IMG/VR virus record: IMGVR_UViG_3300009709_000002
Coordinates: 64,001 to 128,000 of that record
Direction: 5' to 3' (one strand)
From: a virus
Taxonomy: Duplodnaviria > Heunggongvirae > Uroviricota > Caudoviricetes
DNA length: 64,000 nt
Shown one piece after another: positions 31,831 through 39,371 of the stretch (the first letter of the stretch is position 1; the number at the start of each line of letters is the position of its first letter). Made by a program: the position numbers and the translations under genes. The notes beneath the pieces were generated by a model. That model worked only from the letters and a program-made list of their open reading frames with translations, did not search any database and was not told the origin of the DNA.

Positions 31831-32184
31831 CTACCAGGTGATCTTCAACCCATAATGAATCATAGGCTCCTCATCACCAGTCGAACCAAGACCATTATAA
31901 ACCGTAGGTCTCGGCTTGTAAATTTCTACTTTGTAAGAAAGCGGTGCAGCTTCTAACCGCTCTTTCACCAGCAGCCAAAACGTTGGCGGCTTGAACCTAG
32001 CGTGCTCGAGAAGATGAATCTCACCGTGCGACGTCGGATCATATCCAAGATCGCCGGTGTAGATGTACTCAAACTTACCAGCATCTGCGTAAGCTACGAT
32101 CTTCTCATTCAGCACGATCAAAAATTGATCTACTGCGTTAGAAGAAAGCTTAGCTCTATTACGAGCTTCACAGGCAGTGATCAT
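31831..32184 (-). CDS. Hypothetical protein
   Basis: 117 aa in operon. Confidence 0.6.
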   Translation of the reverse strand: MITACEARNRAKLSSNAVDQFLIVLNEKIVAYADAGKFEYIYTGDLGYDPTSHGEIHLLEHARFKPPTFWLLVKERLEAAPLSYKVEIYKPRPTVYNGLGSTGDEEPMIHYGLKITW

Positions 32185-32186
32185 AT

Positions 32187-32591
32187 TTACAGACGTCCTT
32201 CACGACGAGCTTCATCCAAAGCAACTTGGATTTTCTTCTGCAACTCCGGGTGCTGAACAGGCATACCCGGATGCTCACGCGTAATATGCTTGATGATCAT
32301 GCGTGTGCGCCAGTTCTTGCGAGCTGACAAACCGGTTTTCGACGTGTGCTCCGACTTTTGAGCTTCGGACAACATCACGCGATACTTCTTGTGCTCACGG
32401 AGCTGTTCTTCCGTTAAACCGGTTTCCGACATCAGGCGACGAAGCAGCTTTGCTTCCTTACCGCCTGGTGCATGTGGCCCGGAGGGAATGCGCACGAGAC
32501 CTTGTGTAACGTAATCGCCTTCTTCAGAATCCCAAACCCAGCCCAGTACACGCTTTTTCTTCATGCAGCGAATTGCGCTCTTGGAAGCCAT
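32187..32591 (-). CDS. Hypothetical protein
   Basis: 134 aa, TAATG coupling. Confidence 0.65.
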   Translation of the reverse strand: MASKSAIRCMKKKRVLGWVWDSEEGDYVTQGLVRIPSGPHAPGGKEAKLLRRLMSETGLTEEQLREHKKYRVMLSEAQKSEHTSKTGLSARKNWRTRMIIKHITREHPGMPVQHPELQKKIQVALDEARREGRL

Positions 32592-33046
32592 TATGCAGCC
32601 TTCTTGATCATCTTGCGAATGCGCTTTGCAACGTCAGCTGCAGTTACGTCTTCACCGTAGCTGTCAGGCATGAACAGCTTTTCAGCTTGTTTTTCAGTCA
32701 GGTCGAAGAATGATTCAACAGCTTCCCATTCAGTGAGACCATCATAGTGGGGTACCAGCTTATGCTGGCTCTCACCGGTGACCAACGCAAAACCGAGCTT
32801 TTGAAACTCTGGCATCATACCAGCGTGTCCGACTGCGCAAGCAGAGTAGCCGCAATTTGGCTCATTGGCTGCTTTCTTCTTCACTCGGATAGCCGAAACA
32901 GCGCCAAGGAGCTTGCCAAAAGTCTTGAACTTGACGAAGTCTTCATGGATGATGCCACGATCACCCCAGTTCGAAAGATCAAAACCGATGGGAGACTTCA
33001 AAGTCTCCAGCTTAGTAGCTAGAAGCAGCAAACGTTCAATGTTCAT
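32591..33046 (-). CDS. Hypothetical protein
   Basis: 151 aa, CGYSACAVGHA motif. Confidence 0.65.
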   Translation of the reverse strand: MNIERLLLLATKLETLKSPIGFDLSNWGDRGIIHEDFVKFKTFGKLLGAVSAIRVKKKAANEPNCGYSACAVGHAGMMPEFQKLGFALVTGESQHKLVPHYDGLTEWEAVESFFDLTEKQAEKLFMPDSYGEDVTAADVAKRIRKMIKKAA

Positions 33047-33066
33047 GTGAATCTCTGTGTTATGTT

Positions 33067-33205
33067 TGGAGAGGAAGGTAGGATTCGAACCATACCATCC
33101 ACGTCTGGCCCTAACTTAAGGCGGTGGCCACCGCTTTCAGCTAGCTGTACAAGTTCGACGTGGACTACGACTTAGCGCCGCTGACCCACCAGGGTCATCT
33201 TCCCC
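33067..33205 (-). ncRNA. tRNA-like RNA with 69-nt branched variable arm
   Basis: Acceptor GGGGAAG/CTTCCTC-T-CCA, D-arm TGACCC-TGGT-GGGTCA, GCGGC-GCTAA-GTCGT arm, GTCCACGTC/GACGTGGAT-closed insert, GGTTCGAATCC. Confidence 0.8.
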
Positions 33206-33215
33206 ATAGAGGAAA

Positions 33216-33419
33216 CTAAACATCTACTTCTACTGCAACAAACTTGACGAGCCTGAACGTTCGATCAGGGTGCTTCTCACGAAGATCCTTGACCTTAGTC
33301 TTTGCAACTTCTTCGTCGCTAATCTGGAGCAACCCGTCGGGCTTCTCGAGATAGCGACGTTCCCAGCCGCGCTGGTACAAAATCTGGTAAAACGTTTCCG
33401 GCTCGTGCGCTTCAGTCAT
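33216..33419 (-). CDS. Hypothetical protein
   Basis: Likely start MTEAHEPE overlapping upstream stop. Confidence 0.5.
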   Translation of the reverse strand: MTEAHEPETFYQILYQRGWERRYLEKPDGLLQISDEEVAKTKVKDLREKHPDRTFRLVKFVAVEVDV

Positions 33420-33609
33420 ATGCGAACATCGATGCTTCGACATCACGCAGGTTGATCTTGTTGCGACGAGCCTGGCGATTCGAGTGCTTCTTGTCAACAG
33501 CGGAAACGTGGCGACGTTCGCCTTCATATGCGCGTTGATCCTTGGCCTTCGGACGACGTTCTTGCTTGCCGAAGGTGCTTTCGAAATCATTCATCGTGAT
33601 GCTTTGCAT
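33412..33609 (-). CDS. Small basic hypothetical protein
   Basis: AGGAG SD, own promoter upstream. Confidence 0.6.
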   Translation of the reverse strand: MQSITMNDFESTFGKQERRPKAKDQRAYEGERRHVSAVDKKHSNRQARRNKINLRDVEASMFAYD

Positions 33610-33680
33610 TTCTAATCTCCTAGAAGATTGAAAGAAGTTTGAGGTTTTAACGTTTCAGTTGTTTCCCTGACGTTAGAATA

Positions 33681-33709
33681 ATTATAACTCAAACTTTATG
33701 CAAAGTAAA
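33681..33709 (-). promoter_or_regulatory. Sigma70-like promoter
   Basis: TTTACT-N17-TATAAT. Confidence 0.75.
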
Positions 33710-33719
33710 CACTTTTCAA

Positions 33720-34076
33720 TCAATTTGTGCGAAATTCATTTGCTTGAAGTTCGCCACGTAATCCAGCCATGATGCGATTCCGATCTTTATGATCGATAGC
33801 TTCTAGGTGAGCATCAAAGGCATCACGTAGCGGCTCCCAAAGAGGAGAGAAGCCGCGAAAATCGTAGAAGCCACGAAGCAGGCTCAGCGATGCGTACAGA
33901 CCGATCTTCGCCGGTGTTTGTTCAATCGCCCAGTGGAATAGCTCATCAACCGTGCGAAAATCAATGCTGTCATTTGTGACTAGCTCATTGCGGTAGAAAG
34001 CTAGCAGGAAAGAGATTTCCTTGCTATCAGGATTGTTCAGGATGGCTTGTTGAACTTCTTTCAGCTTCATGATCAA
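33720..34076 (-). CDS. Hypothetical protein
   Basis: AGGAG SD after tRNA. Confidence 0.6.
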   Translation of the reverse strand: MIMKLKEVQQAILNNPDSKEISFLLAFYRNELVTNDSIDFRTVDELFHWAIEQTPAKIGLYASLSLLRGFYDFRGFSPLWEPLRDAFDAHLEAIDHKDRNRIMAGLRGELQANEFRTN

Positions 34077-34083
34077 CTCCTAG

Positions 34084-34158
34084 TGGTGGGCCGGGAGGGA
34101 GTCGAACCCTCATCAATCGGTTATGAGCCGAACGCTTTTACCGGTAAGCTAACGGCCC
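34084..34158 (-). tRNA. tRNA-Ile2/Met(CAT), Ile2-like body
   Basis: GGGCCG acceptor, loop CTCATAA, ACCA; lacks initiator features (no GGG/CCC anticodon stem). Confidence 0.85.
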
Positions 34159-34170
34159 AGCGTTTCAAAA

Positions 34171-34260
34171 TGGCGGAAGGTGTGAGGATCGAACTCACGC
34201 GCCAGTTTCCCAGCGGCTTCGGCTTAGCAGGCCGACCAATTGCCACTCTTGCAACCTTCC
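34171..34260 (-). tRNA. tRNA-Ser(GCT)
   Basis: GGAAGGT/ACCTTCC-GCCA, TCGGC-CTGCTAA-GCCGA, long variable arm. Confidence 0.9.
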
Positions 34261-34275
34261 ATGTTAAAAATGTTC

Positions 34276-34364
34276 CGGCGGAAGTATACAGAATCGAACT
34301 GTCACCGTATCTCTACAGTGGGCCGGGGTTCAAAGCCGGTTACCGCCCAGCGGTCCATACTTCC
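34276..34364 (-). tRNA. tRNA-Ser(TGA), atypical D-arm, ends CCG
   Basis: GGAAGTA/TACTTCC-G, loop TTTGAAC, long variable arm. Confidence 0.8.
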
Positions 34365-34372
34365 ATTATATA

Positions 34373-34471
34373 CTAAAACGTGAAGTTTGTAATGATGCCC
34401 AGAAAGAAAAGTAAGAAGGCAGCAACTAACACGCCAATCATCCAGTTACTAGCCGGTTTATTCGCAATCAT
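34373..34471 (-). CDS. Small membrane peptide (32 aa)
   Basis: GGAG SD; MIANKPASNWMIGVLVAAFLLFFLGIITNFTF. Confidence 0.5.
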   Translation of the reverse strand: MIANKPASNWMIGVLVAAFLLFFLGIITNFTF

Positions 34472-34481
34472 CAAAATCTCC

Positions 34482-34564
34482 TGGTAGGCGCTACGGGATT
34501 CGAACCCGTAAAAGCACGGGGTTTAAGCCCGTCAGCTGTACCGATTTACATTAGCCAAGCGCCC
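34482..34564 (-). tRNA. tRNA-Leu(TAA), short variable loop and enlarged D-loop
   Basis: GGGCGCT/AGCGCCT-ACCA, ACGGG-CTTAAAC-CCCGT. Confidence 0.85.
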
Positions 34565-34569
34565 AAATA

Positions 34570-34797
34570 CTACTTGTGAATGCTCGGCAGCGTACGAGCA
34601 TAATGCGGCAGATCTTCCTCATACTGGTGATCATTCAACCAGCTAAGGATCATCTCACCAGCTTTTACATCATCTCGTTCATAAAACAGTTCAGGCCAAG
34701 GACCTCTGATGAACATATTGACGAATCGTTGTCCTAGCCGCTGTTGATCACCAGCCGCCTGCTTATGAAGATATACAAACTTTTCGAAAGCTGCCAT
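34570..34797 (-). CDS. Hypothetical protein
   Basis: Likely start MAAFEKF; QRLGQRFVN motif. Confidence 0.55.
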   Translation of the reverse strand: MAAFEKFVYLHKQAAGDQQRLGQRFVNMFIRGPWPELFYERDDVKAGEMILSWLNDHQYEEDLPHYARTLPSIHK

Positions 34798-35068
34798 TAT
34801 TTCGGCTTTCCGCAGCAAGGGCAGAACGGTAGCTCCGGAGTTTCTACTTCAACCGGCAAACCGATCTTGATCGCTTTGTGATGAATCCCTTGATCTGCAG
34901 CAGCGGCGAAGATTTTATCACCACCCCAAGGGAGCTTGTAAAACTGGACCATCACTTTAACTTTCATATGCTCACATGAAAATGAGGAAACCGAGAATCA
35001 GCAAGACTACTATGACTACGCCAGCCTGCGTCCACTTATCATCCATGATGATTCCTTGTAGTTAATCT

Positions 35069-35153
35069 TGGTACCCCCCAATCGGACTCGAACCGATAAA
35101 GGCACTCTTTTTGAGAGAGCTAGCTGTGCCAAATTTGCATTAGCCATGGGGGC
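35069..35153 (-). tRNA. tRNA-Leu(CAA), short variable loop and enlarged D-loop
   Basis: GCCCCCA/TGGGGGT-ACCA, GCTCT-CTCAAAA-AGAGT. Confidence 0.85.
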
Positions 35154-35158
35154 AATGA

Positions 35159-35431
35159 TTACTGCTTGTTTTCGCTGTTCTTACCGATGTGGTAACCGTC
35201 ACAGCGCATGCACTTGTAATTGCTGAAGTACACGCCACGTTTCTTTGCCATCGCTTGTGCTGCTTTCACAGCAGAAGCTTTGGTATTGTACATCACCTTT
35301 GGTTTCCCATTATAGTTCTCATGAGAGCGCTTGTGAACGAGTCCAAAGAGGTGTCCTTTGAAGAGGTTCTTGATCAGCCGTGTAGCTGGTAGCTGATCTT
35401 TAAGCGCGAGAAGAATATTTCGTAACTTCAT
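35159..35431 (-). CDS. Hypothetical protein with YKCxxCxGYH motif
   Basis: Start MKLRNILL by ATGA coupling. Confidence 0.6.
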   Translation of the reverse strand: MKLRNILLALKDQLPATRLIKNLFKGHLFGLVHKRSHENYNGKPKVMYNTKASAVKAAQAMAKKRGVYFSNYKCMRCDGYHIGKNSENKQ

Positions 35432-35658
35432 TTCAGAGCATTTAGCATATTGATGCCAACACCAAACGCTGTGCCCATGCACCAATTGTATGAAACCCAC
35501 TCATCAGAATATGGCACGAGCTTCTTGCTTTGAAAGTGTTCCTTCAACGCATACTTGAAATTTTCATCAGCGAGAACTTCACGGATCGAAGCTTTATTCC
35601 ACTTCGTATTCTGAAGACATGCTTGATACGCTTCTTCAATCTTTTCGAGAGTACTCAT
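35428..35658 (-). CDS. Hypothetical protein
   Basis: ATGA coupling on both sides. Confidence 0.6.
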   Translation of the reverse strand: MSTLEKIEEAYQACLQNTKWNKASIREVLADENFKYALKEHFQSKKLVPYSDEWVSYNWCMGTAFGVGINMLNALK

Positions 35659-36128
35659 TTGGTTCCTTTCAACTCAGCCAGCTTTTCTTCCAGCTTCTTG
35701 ATCTCATCAGCTACTCGAGCAGCTTCTAATTCAGCCAGCTTCTTCTTAGCTAGCCTTATCAGAGTTGATTCCAAATCTCTTTGGTCAATTAGCCAAGCAG
35801 TTGGAATGCGAATTTCAATTCCCTTCCACTCTTCATAATGATCATACACTGTATAGCTTTCAATGACATCACCGAGATCTATGTCATCATTATGATCCCA
35901 CACTTCACGAGCGTGAGCGACATATTCCGAATTGATCAACGTCACCTTTAGCGTATCTTCCGATTCATGAAATCCAGTGACCTGAATGAGAAATCGGTGA
36001 TTCGGAATAGTGACATCATTGATGCCGTTGCAGTATTTCTTCCAAAGCGTACAGAATATTCTAATGCGCTTTGCAAGAGTTGATGCAGTTCCAAAAGCTA
36101 AAACTATGTCTGATTTAGAGTAGATCAT
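35655..36128 (-). CDS. Hypothetical protein with C-terminal coiled coil
   Basis: 157 aa, ATGA coupling. Confidence 0.6.
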   Translation of the reverse strand: MIYSKSDIVLAFGTASTLAKRIRIFCTLWKKYCNGINDVTIPNHRFLIQVTGFHESEDTLKVTLINSEYVAHAREVWDHNDDIDLGDVIESYTVYDHYEEWKGIEIRIPTAWLIDQRDLESTLIRLAKKKLAELEAARVADEIKKLEEKLAELKGTK

Positions 36129-36766
36129 ATTTGAAAATCAACTTCAAGAAAACTTGGTAAATCATGAATTGAAATTTCATCAATTAAGAACTTGTCCTTT
36201 TCAGATCCAAACATCATCCTAAATTTACTTCCATCATATTCTTTTATGACTTGACCATATTTTCGCTTATTATTATCGCTAAGCCAACCTTTTACTTCAA
36301 TGAATAGATCAAATTCTGGCAAATAAAAATCTGGTGTATAGTGCCGTGTTCTACTATATGGAAGTACTTTTCGTTCAAATTTGATTTGATTTTCAACAAA
36401 TTTGATAGCTACATCTCGCTCCCAAGTGCCTTGAACTTTTACACCATTTACTTCAAACCATTTAACATGAGACTCATTTGCTTCATTGCGCTTAATCGTT
36501 CGTAAAGAATGTTTACGTTTAGCCTCATCAGACCAAAGTTTCGGTGCAGCATTTTTGCTAGCTTCACTAATATCTCTGCGCTTTTTAGCTGCAACTTCGG
36601 CACTAAAAATCTCTTCATATTTCTTCCCTCTAGTGCTCAACGTCTTACCGAGATTGTTATGCACTGGAGGCTTGCCATTACGATGAATGATACACCATCT
36701 ATAATGTGCATTTAACGATTGGGGGTGATCAAATTCACGACCACATTCACAAACGTTATTCTTCAT
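36125..36766 (-). CDS. Zinc-finger plus PD-(D/E)xK endonuclease, homing-endonuclease-like
   Basis: CECGREF..LNAHYRWC N-terminus; YTPDFYLPEFDLFIEVKGW; AT-rich relative to neighbours. Confidence 0.75.
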   Translation of the reverse strand: MKNNVCECGREFDHPQSLNAHYRWCIIHRNGKPPVHNNLGKTLSTRGKKYEEIFSAEVAAKKRRDISEASKNAAPKLWSDEAKRKHSLRTIKRNEANESHVKWFEVNGVKVQGTWERDVAIKFVENQIKFERKVLPYSRTRHYTPDFYLPEFDLFIEVKGWLSDNNKRKYGQVIKEYDGSKFRMMFGSEKDKFLIDEISIHDLPSFLEVDFQI

Positions 36767-36855
36767 GGTACCCTTAGTCGGATTCGAACCGACAATACAC
36801 TTTCGTGGCTCTCGCTACTCAGGCGAGCGACTTTGCCTAATTTGTCCATAAGGGC
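36766..36855 (-). tRNA. tRNA-Leu(GAG)
   Basis: GCCCTTA/TAAGGGT-ACCA, CTCGC-CTGAGTA-GCGAG, long variable arm. Confidence 0.85.
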
Positions 36856-36859
36856 AATA

Positions 36860-37066
36860 TCATACTCGTTCTACGTAAAATTCGCCTTTACACACAGCAC
36901 GAGCAGGGTTGGTATCTAAACCGTAAGGATAGTCACGACCGGTGATTTCCTTTCGGAGAGCAATGACGCTTTCATGTACGCAGTATGGCTCGAGGTCCAT
37001 ATCCATGCCGCATGAAACACAACCATTACCACGAAGTCCATGACAGCTTTTATCTTCGTTTGCCAT
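36860..37066 (-). CDS. Small Cys-rich hypothetical protein
   Basis: 68 aa exactly filling the gap between two tRNAs. Confidence 0.55.
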   Translation of the reverse strand: MANEDKSCHGLRGNGCVSCGMDMDLEPYCVHESVIALRKEITGRDYPYGLDTNPARAVCKGEFYVERV

Positions 37067-37086
37067 GATATTCTCAAAAGTTTAGT

Positions 37087-37172
<86 letters not shown>

Positions 37173-37183
37173 ATTATACTACT

Positions 37184-37268
37184 TGGTGCGGAGAAGGGGA
37201 CTCGAACCCCTACGTCTCTAGGACACAGCGTTCTTAGCGCTGCAAGGCTACCATTACATCACCTCCGC
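37184..37268 (-). tRNA. tRNA-Leu(AAG)
   Basis: GCGGAGG/TCTCCGC-ACCA, CAGCG-CTAAGAA-CGCTG, long variable arm. Confidence 0.85.
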
Positions 37269-37279
37269 AATACAACTTC

Positions 37280-37363
37280 TGGTGGGGAGAGTAGGATTCG
37301 AACCTACGAAGTCGAAACAACGGATTTACAGTCCGCCCCCTTTGGCCGCTCAGGAACCTCCCC
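37280..37363 (-). tRNA. tRNA-Tyr(GTA), canonical
   Basis: GGGGAGG/TCTCCCC-ACCA, GAGCGGCCAAAGGG D-arm, loop CTGTAAA. Confidence 0.95.
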
Positions 37364-37375
37364 AGGGATTTACTA

Positions 37376-37457
37376 CGGTGGATGCACTAGGAATCGAACC
37401 TAGCTGCCAGAGGCCACGGGTTTACAGTCCGCTAAGTACACCAGTACAATTACATCC
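37376..37457 (-). tRNA. tRNA-Tyr(GTA), atypical D-arm, ends CCG
   Basis: GGATGTA/TGCATCC-A, GTAC-TGGT-GTAC, loop CTGTAAA. Confidence 0.8.
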
Positions 37458-37486
37458 AAATATTTGCAACGATTACGATAAAAGTA

Positions 37487-37515
37487 ATTCTATCACTAAC
37501 AGTCCATCATGTAAA
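37487..37515 (-). promoter_or_regulatory. Sigma70-like promoter inside the tRNA array
   Basis: TTTACA-N17-TAGAAT with TG extension. Confidence 0.7.
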
Positions 37516-37528
37516 CTTATTTGCAACT

Positions 37529-37619
37529 TGGTGGAGCACGGACGGAATCGAACCTCATGCCCAGAGGGAAGAGCTTTACAGGCTCCCGATAGCACCAGCC
37601 ATCCTTACTTACGCGCTCC
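37529..37619 (-). tRNA. tRNA-Tyr(GTA), highly atypical
   Basis: 8-bp acceptor GGAGCGCG/CGTGCTCC-ACCA, extra linker, GATGGC-TGGT-GCTATC D-arm, GGAGC-CTGTAAA-GCTCT. Confidence 0.75.
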
Positions 37620-37629
37620 ATTTACTTCT

Positions 37630-37708
37630 TGGTCCCCTCAGTGGGAGTCGAACCCACAAAATCTCTCGGTTCTGAGCCGAGCGGCTTTACCAAATTGCCC
37701 ATGAGGGG
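37630..37708 (-). tRNA. tRNA-Leu(CAG), short variable loop
   Basis: CCCCTCA/TGAGGGG-ACCA, CTCGG-CTCAGAA-CCGAG. Confidence 0.9.
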
Positions 37709-37722
37709 AGAAACAAGTCTTG

Positions 37723-37758
37723 AAAATCAACAGAGGCCTCTAAATAGAGGCCTCTGCT
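37723..37758 (-). terminator. Attenuator terminator (3:4 hairpin)
   Basis: CAGAGGCCTCT-ATTT-AGAGGCCTCTG then TTGATTTT, 14 nt before the first tRNA. Confidence 0.75.
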
Positions 37759-37811
37759 TTGAAAATCTTGTGTGAACTATATCACATATCGACCTTCAAA
37801 CCGACGCCTCT
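37746..37811 (-). promoter_or_regulatory. Antiterminator (2:3 helix)
   Basis: AGAGGCGTCGGTTTGAAGGTC (37811-37791) is complementary to GATTTTCAAAGCAGAGGCCTCT (37767-37746), which contains the terminator 5' arm. Confidence 0.75.
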
Positions 37812-37877
37812 CAATTCGCTATAGAGCGAATAAGATAGCAACGAGCTTGACAGTAAGGATATGTTGAAAGTGTTCAT
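37782..37877 (-). CDS. Putative attenuator leader peptide, 31 aa (MNTFNISLLSSSLLSYSLYSELRGVGLKVDM)
   Basis: ATG 5 nt after TATAAATA (leaderless); codons 6-20 are exclusively Ile(ATA)/Ser/Leu/Tyr. Confidence 0.8.
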   Translation of the reverse strand: MNTFNISLLSSSLLSYSLYSELRGVGLKVDM

Positions 37878-37882
37878 GATGT

Positions 37883-37890
37883 TATTTATA
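37883..37890 (-). promoter_or_regulatory. Late promoter TATAAATA
   Basis: Exact T4 late consensus; family motif seen at 11 other gene starts in the window. Confidence 0.75.
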
Positions 37891-37941
37891 AGAGTGGTGG
37901 AAAACTCATCCAAAATGGTTGGTGTCCAACCGATAGATGAA

Positions 37942-38613
37942 TTATATTCCAACTAGCTCTGAAAGTAAATTACTTTGTGGCATAGTTTTCAACATGCTCT
38001 TTGGGTACATGAAGTGGTAGTACTCTTGCTTGTGTCGCGTGCCATCATCAGCATGGTTAGCGCAATAACCACATCGAATCCAGTCATTGAAGGAACGGCA
38101 TGGAAAGTTTTTCACGTTCAATCCAAGGCCAGTTTTCATCGCATATCGTGCCAAATAATCTGCACGGTTCATCTCAACGAAACGATCATGACCCTTCATG
38201 TATGAGATGCGAGCGTGCTTCAAACAATTTTGAACTTGCCTGAAGATCTTCATGCCATAAAATTCCATGCAAGCTGCCTGGAATGATTGTAACACTCTAT
38301 CTCGATGGGTGAACATGGCATTATCATCATGCATCGCCATATTTGCGTAGGCGATAGGATGAAAATCGGAGTAGAAACTCATATCTTCATACCGAAAACC
38401 ATAGTCGAGACCAAGCAACATACCTTCAATGAAGGCACAATATTCATGGTATCCCATTGATTCTCTATTTGCGGTAGAAAAACCAGAGATCTCTTTTGTT
38501 GTCCCATTAAAGTGGGCCACGATTCCCCAGCCAATACCACGAAGCCGTCCAGATTTTTGACCTAAGATCTTAGCGCCGGCAGATCCATCTACGATGATTT
38601 GAATTTTGCTCAT
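37942..38613 (-). CDS. Ribonuclease H-like protein
   Basis: IIVDGSA..GWGIV, E, YSD, MKGH..NRADYLAR match the RNase HI pattern. Confidence 0.75.
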   Translation of the reverse strand: MSKIQIIVDGSAGAKILGQKSGRLRGIGWGIVAHFNGTTKEISGFSTANRESMGYHEYCAFIEGMLLGLDYGFRYEDMSFYSDFHPIAYANMAMHDDNAMFTHRDRVLQSFQAACMEFYGMKIFRQVQNCLKHARISYMKGHDRFVEMNRADYLARYAMKTGLGLNVKNFPCRSFNDWIRCGYCANHADDGTRHKQEYYHFMYPKSMLKTMPQSNLLSELVGI

Positions 38614-38683
38614 GATTGTATGTGACCATTTGACATGGTCATTATATCATACAATCATGAGAAAGGAATGTAACTAGAGGTCT

Positions 38684-38950
38684 TTAGAACTCAAACATGG
38701 CCGTTTTATTGGCCAGCTCTTCAAGGACGTGACCGTGACACGCTAAAGGTGCACACCAGCATCCCAGAGTTTTACCACGAAGTGATGCTAATTGAGCTAA
38801 AAGTTCAGGTTGGCCAAGCAACCAGTCACGATATTTGTCAATTACCTCACCTCTTGTACCGTCTTTGTCAATCTCAAATGGGTTACCCCAAATGCTTGGG
38901 CGTCCAATGTAGACGTCATATCTTGCTTTCTTGCAATGAACTACTGCCAT
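38684..38950 (-). CDS. DUF4326 family protein
   Basis: YDVYIGRPSIWGNPF..LRGKTLGCWCAP..CHG. Confidence 0.85.
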   Translation of the reverse strand: MAVVHCKKARYDVYIGRPSIWGNPFEIDKDGTRGEVIDKYRDWLLGQPELLAQLASLRGKTLGCWCAPLACHGHVLEELANKTAMFEF

Positions 38951-39079
38951 GTAAACCTCGAAAATAGAGCCCGTTCTATCTGAACGGCATGAAGGGCACT
39001 ACAGCCTCTTTTCTTAGTTTCATCTTTGCTATACAAAAAGCCCCGCTCGAGCGGGGTCTTATTGGTCTTACTTCAGCAA

Positions 39080-39307
39080 TTAAGCTGCAGTTGTGGTCGT
39101 CGTTGTTGCTGGTGCTACGACTGGAGCAACTACCGGTGCTACAACTGGAGCTGGCGTAACAACTGCGTCAGCAGCGTTCACAACATCAGTTACTGCCGTC
39201 GTGACAGAAACTTTCTTCGTGAAGAGGCCCTTAGCTGCATTCCAGATAGCAACCCACAGTGGCGAAAATGCTGCGCCAATTGCGATGCCGATGAGAACGT
39301 CTACCAT
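39080..39307 (-). CDS. Small membrane protein with PVVA repeats
   Basis: AGGAG SD, late motif 39357-39363, terminator 39036-39060. Confidence 0.65.
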   Translation of the reverse strand: MVDVLIGIAIGAAFSPLWVAIWNAAKGLFTKKVSVTTAVTDVVNAADAVVTPAPVVAPVVAPVVAPATTTTTTAA

Positions 39308-39371
39308 GATAACTCCTTAGAACATGAAGCATACAGGATCGTATACCCCATGCATCTATTTATGACTTCTA

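Noticed and set aside
33160-33185. Amber suppressor (CTA anticodon) reading of the 33.1-kb RNA, implying TAG recoding
   Set aside because: Requires opening a C-G pair and lacks U33; several genes here end sensibly at TAG and ORFs are intact in the standard code.
33067-33205. tRNA-Sec (selC)
   Set aside because: The D-arm is Sec-like, but there is no TCA anticodon and the variable arm is far too long.
37282-37704. + strand ORFs across the tRNA cluster (also 34047..34376, 28423..28731, 30623..30859)
   Set aside because: They are antisense translations of tRNA genes.
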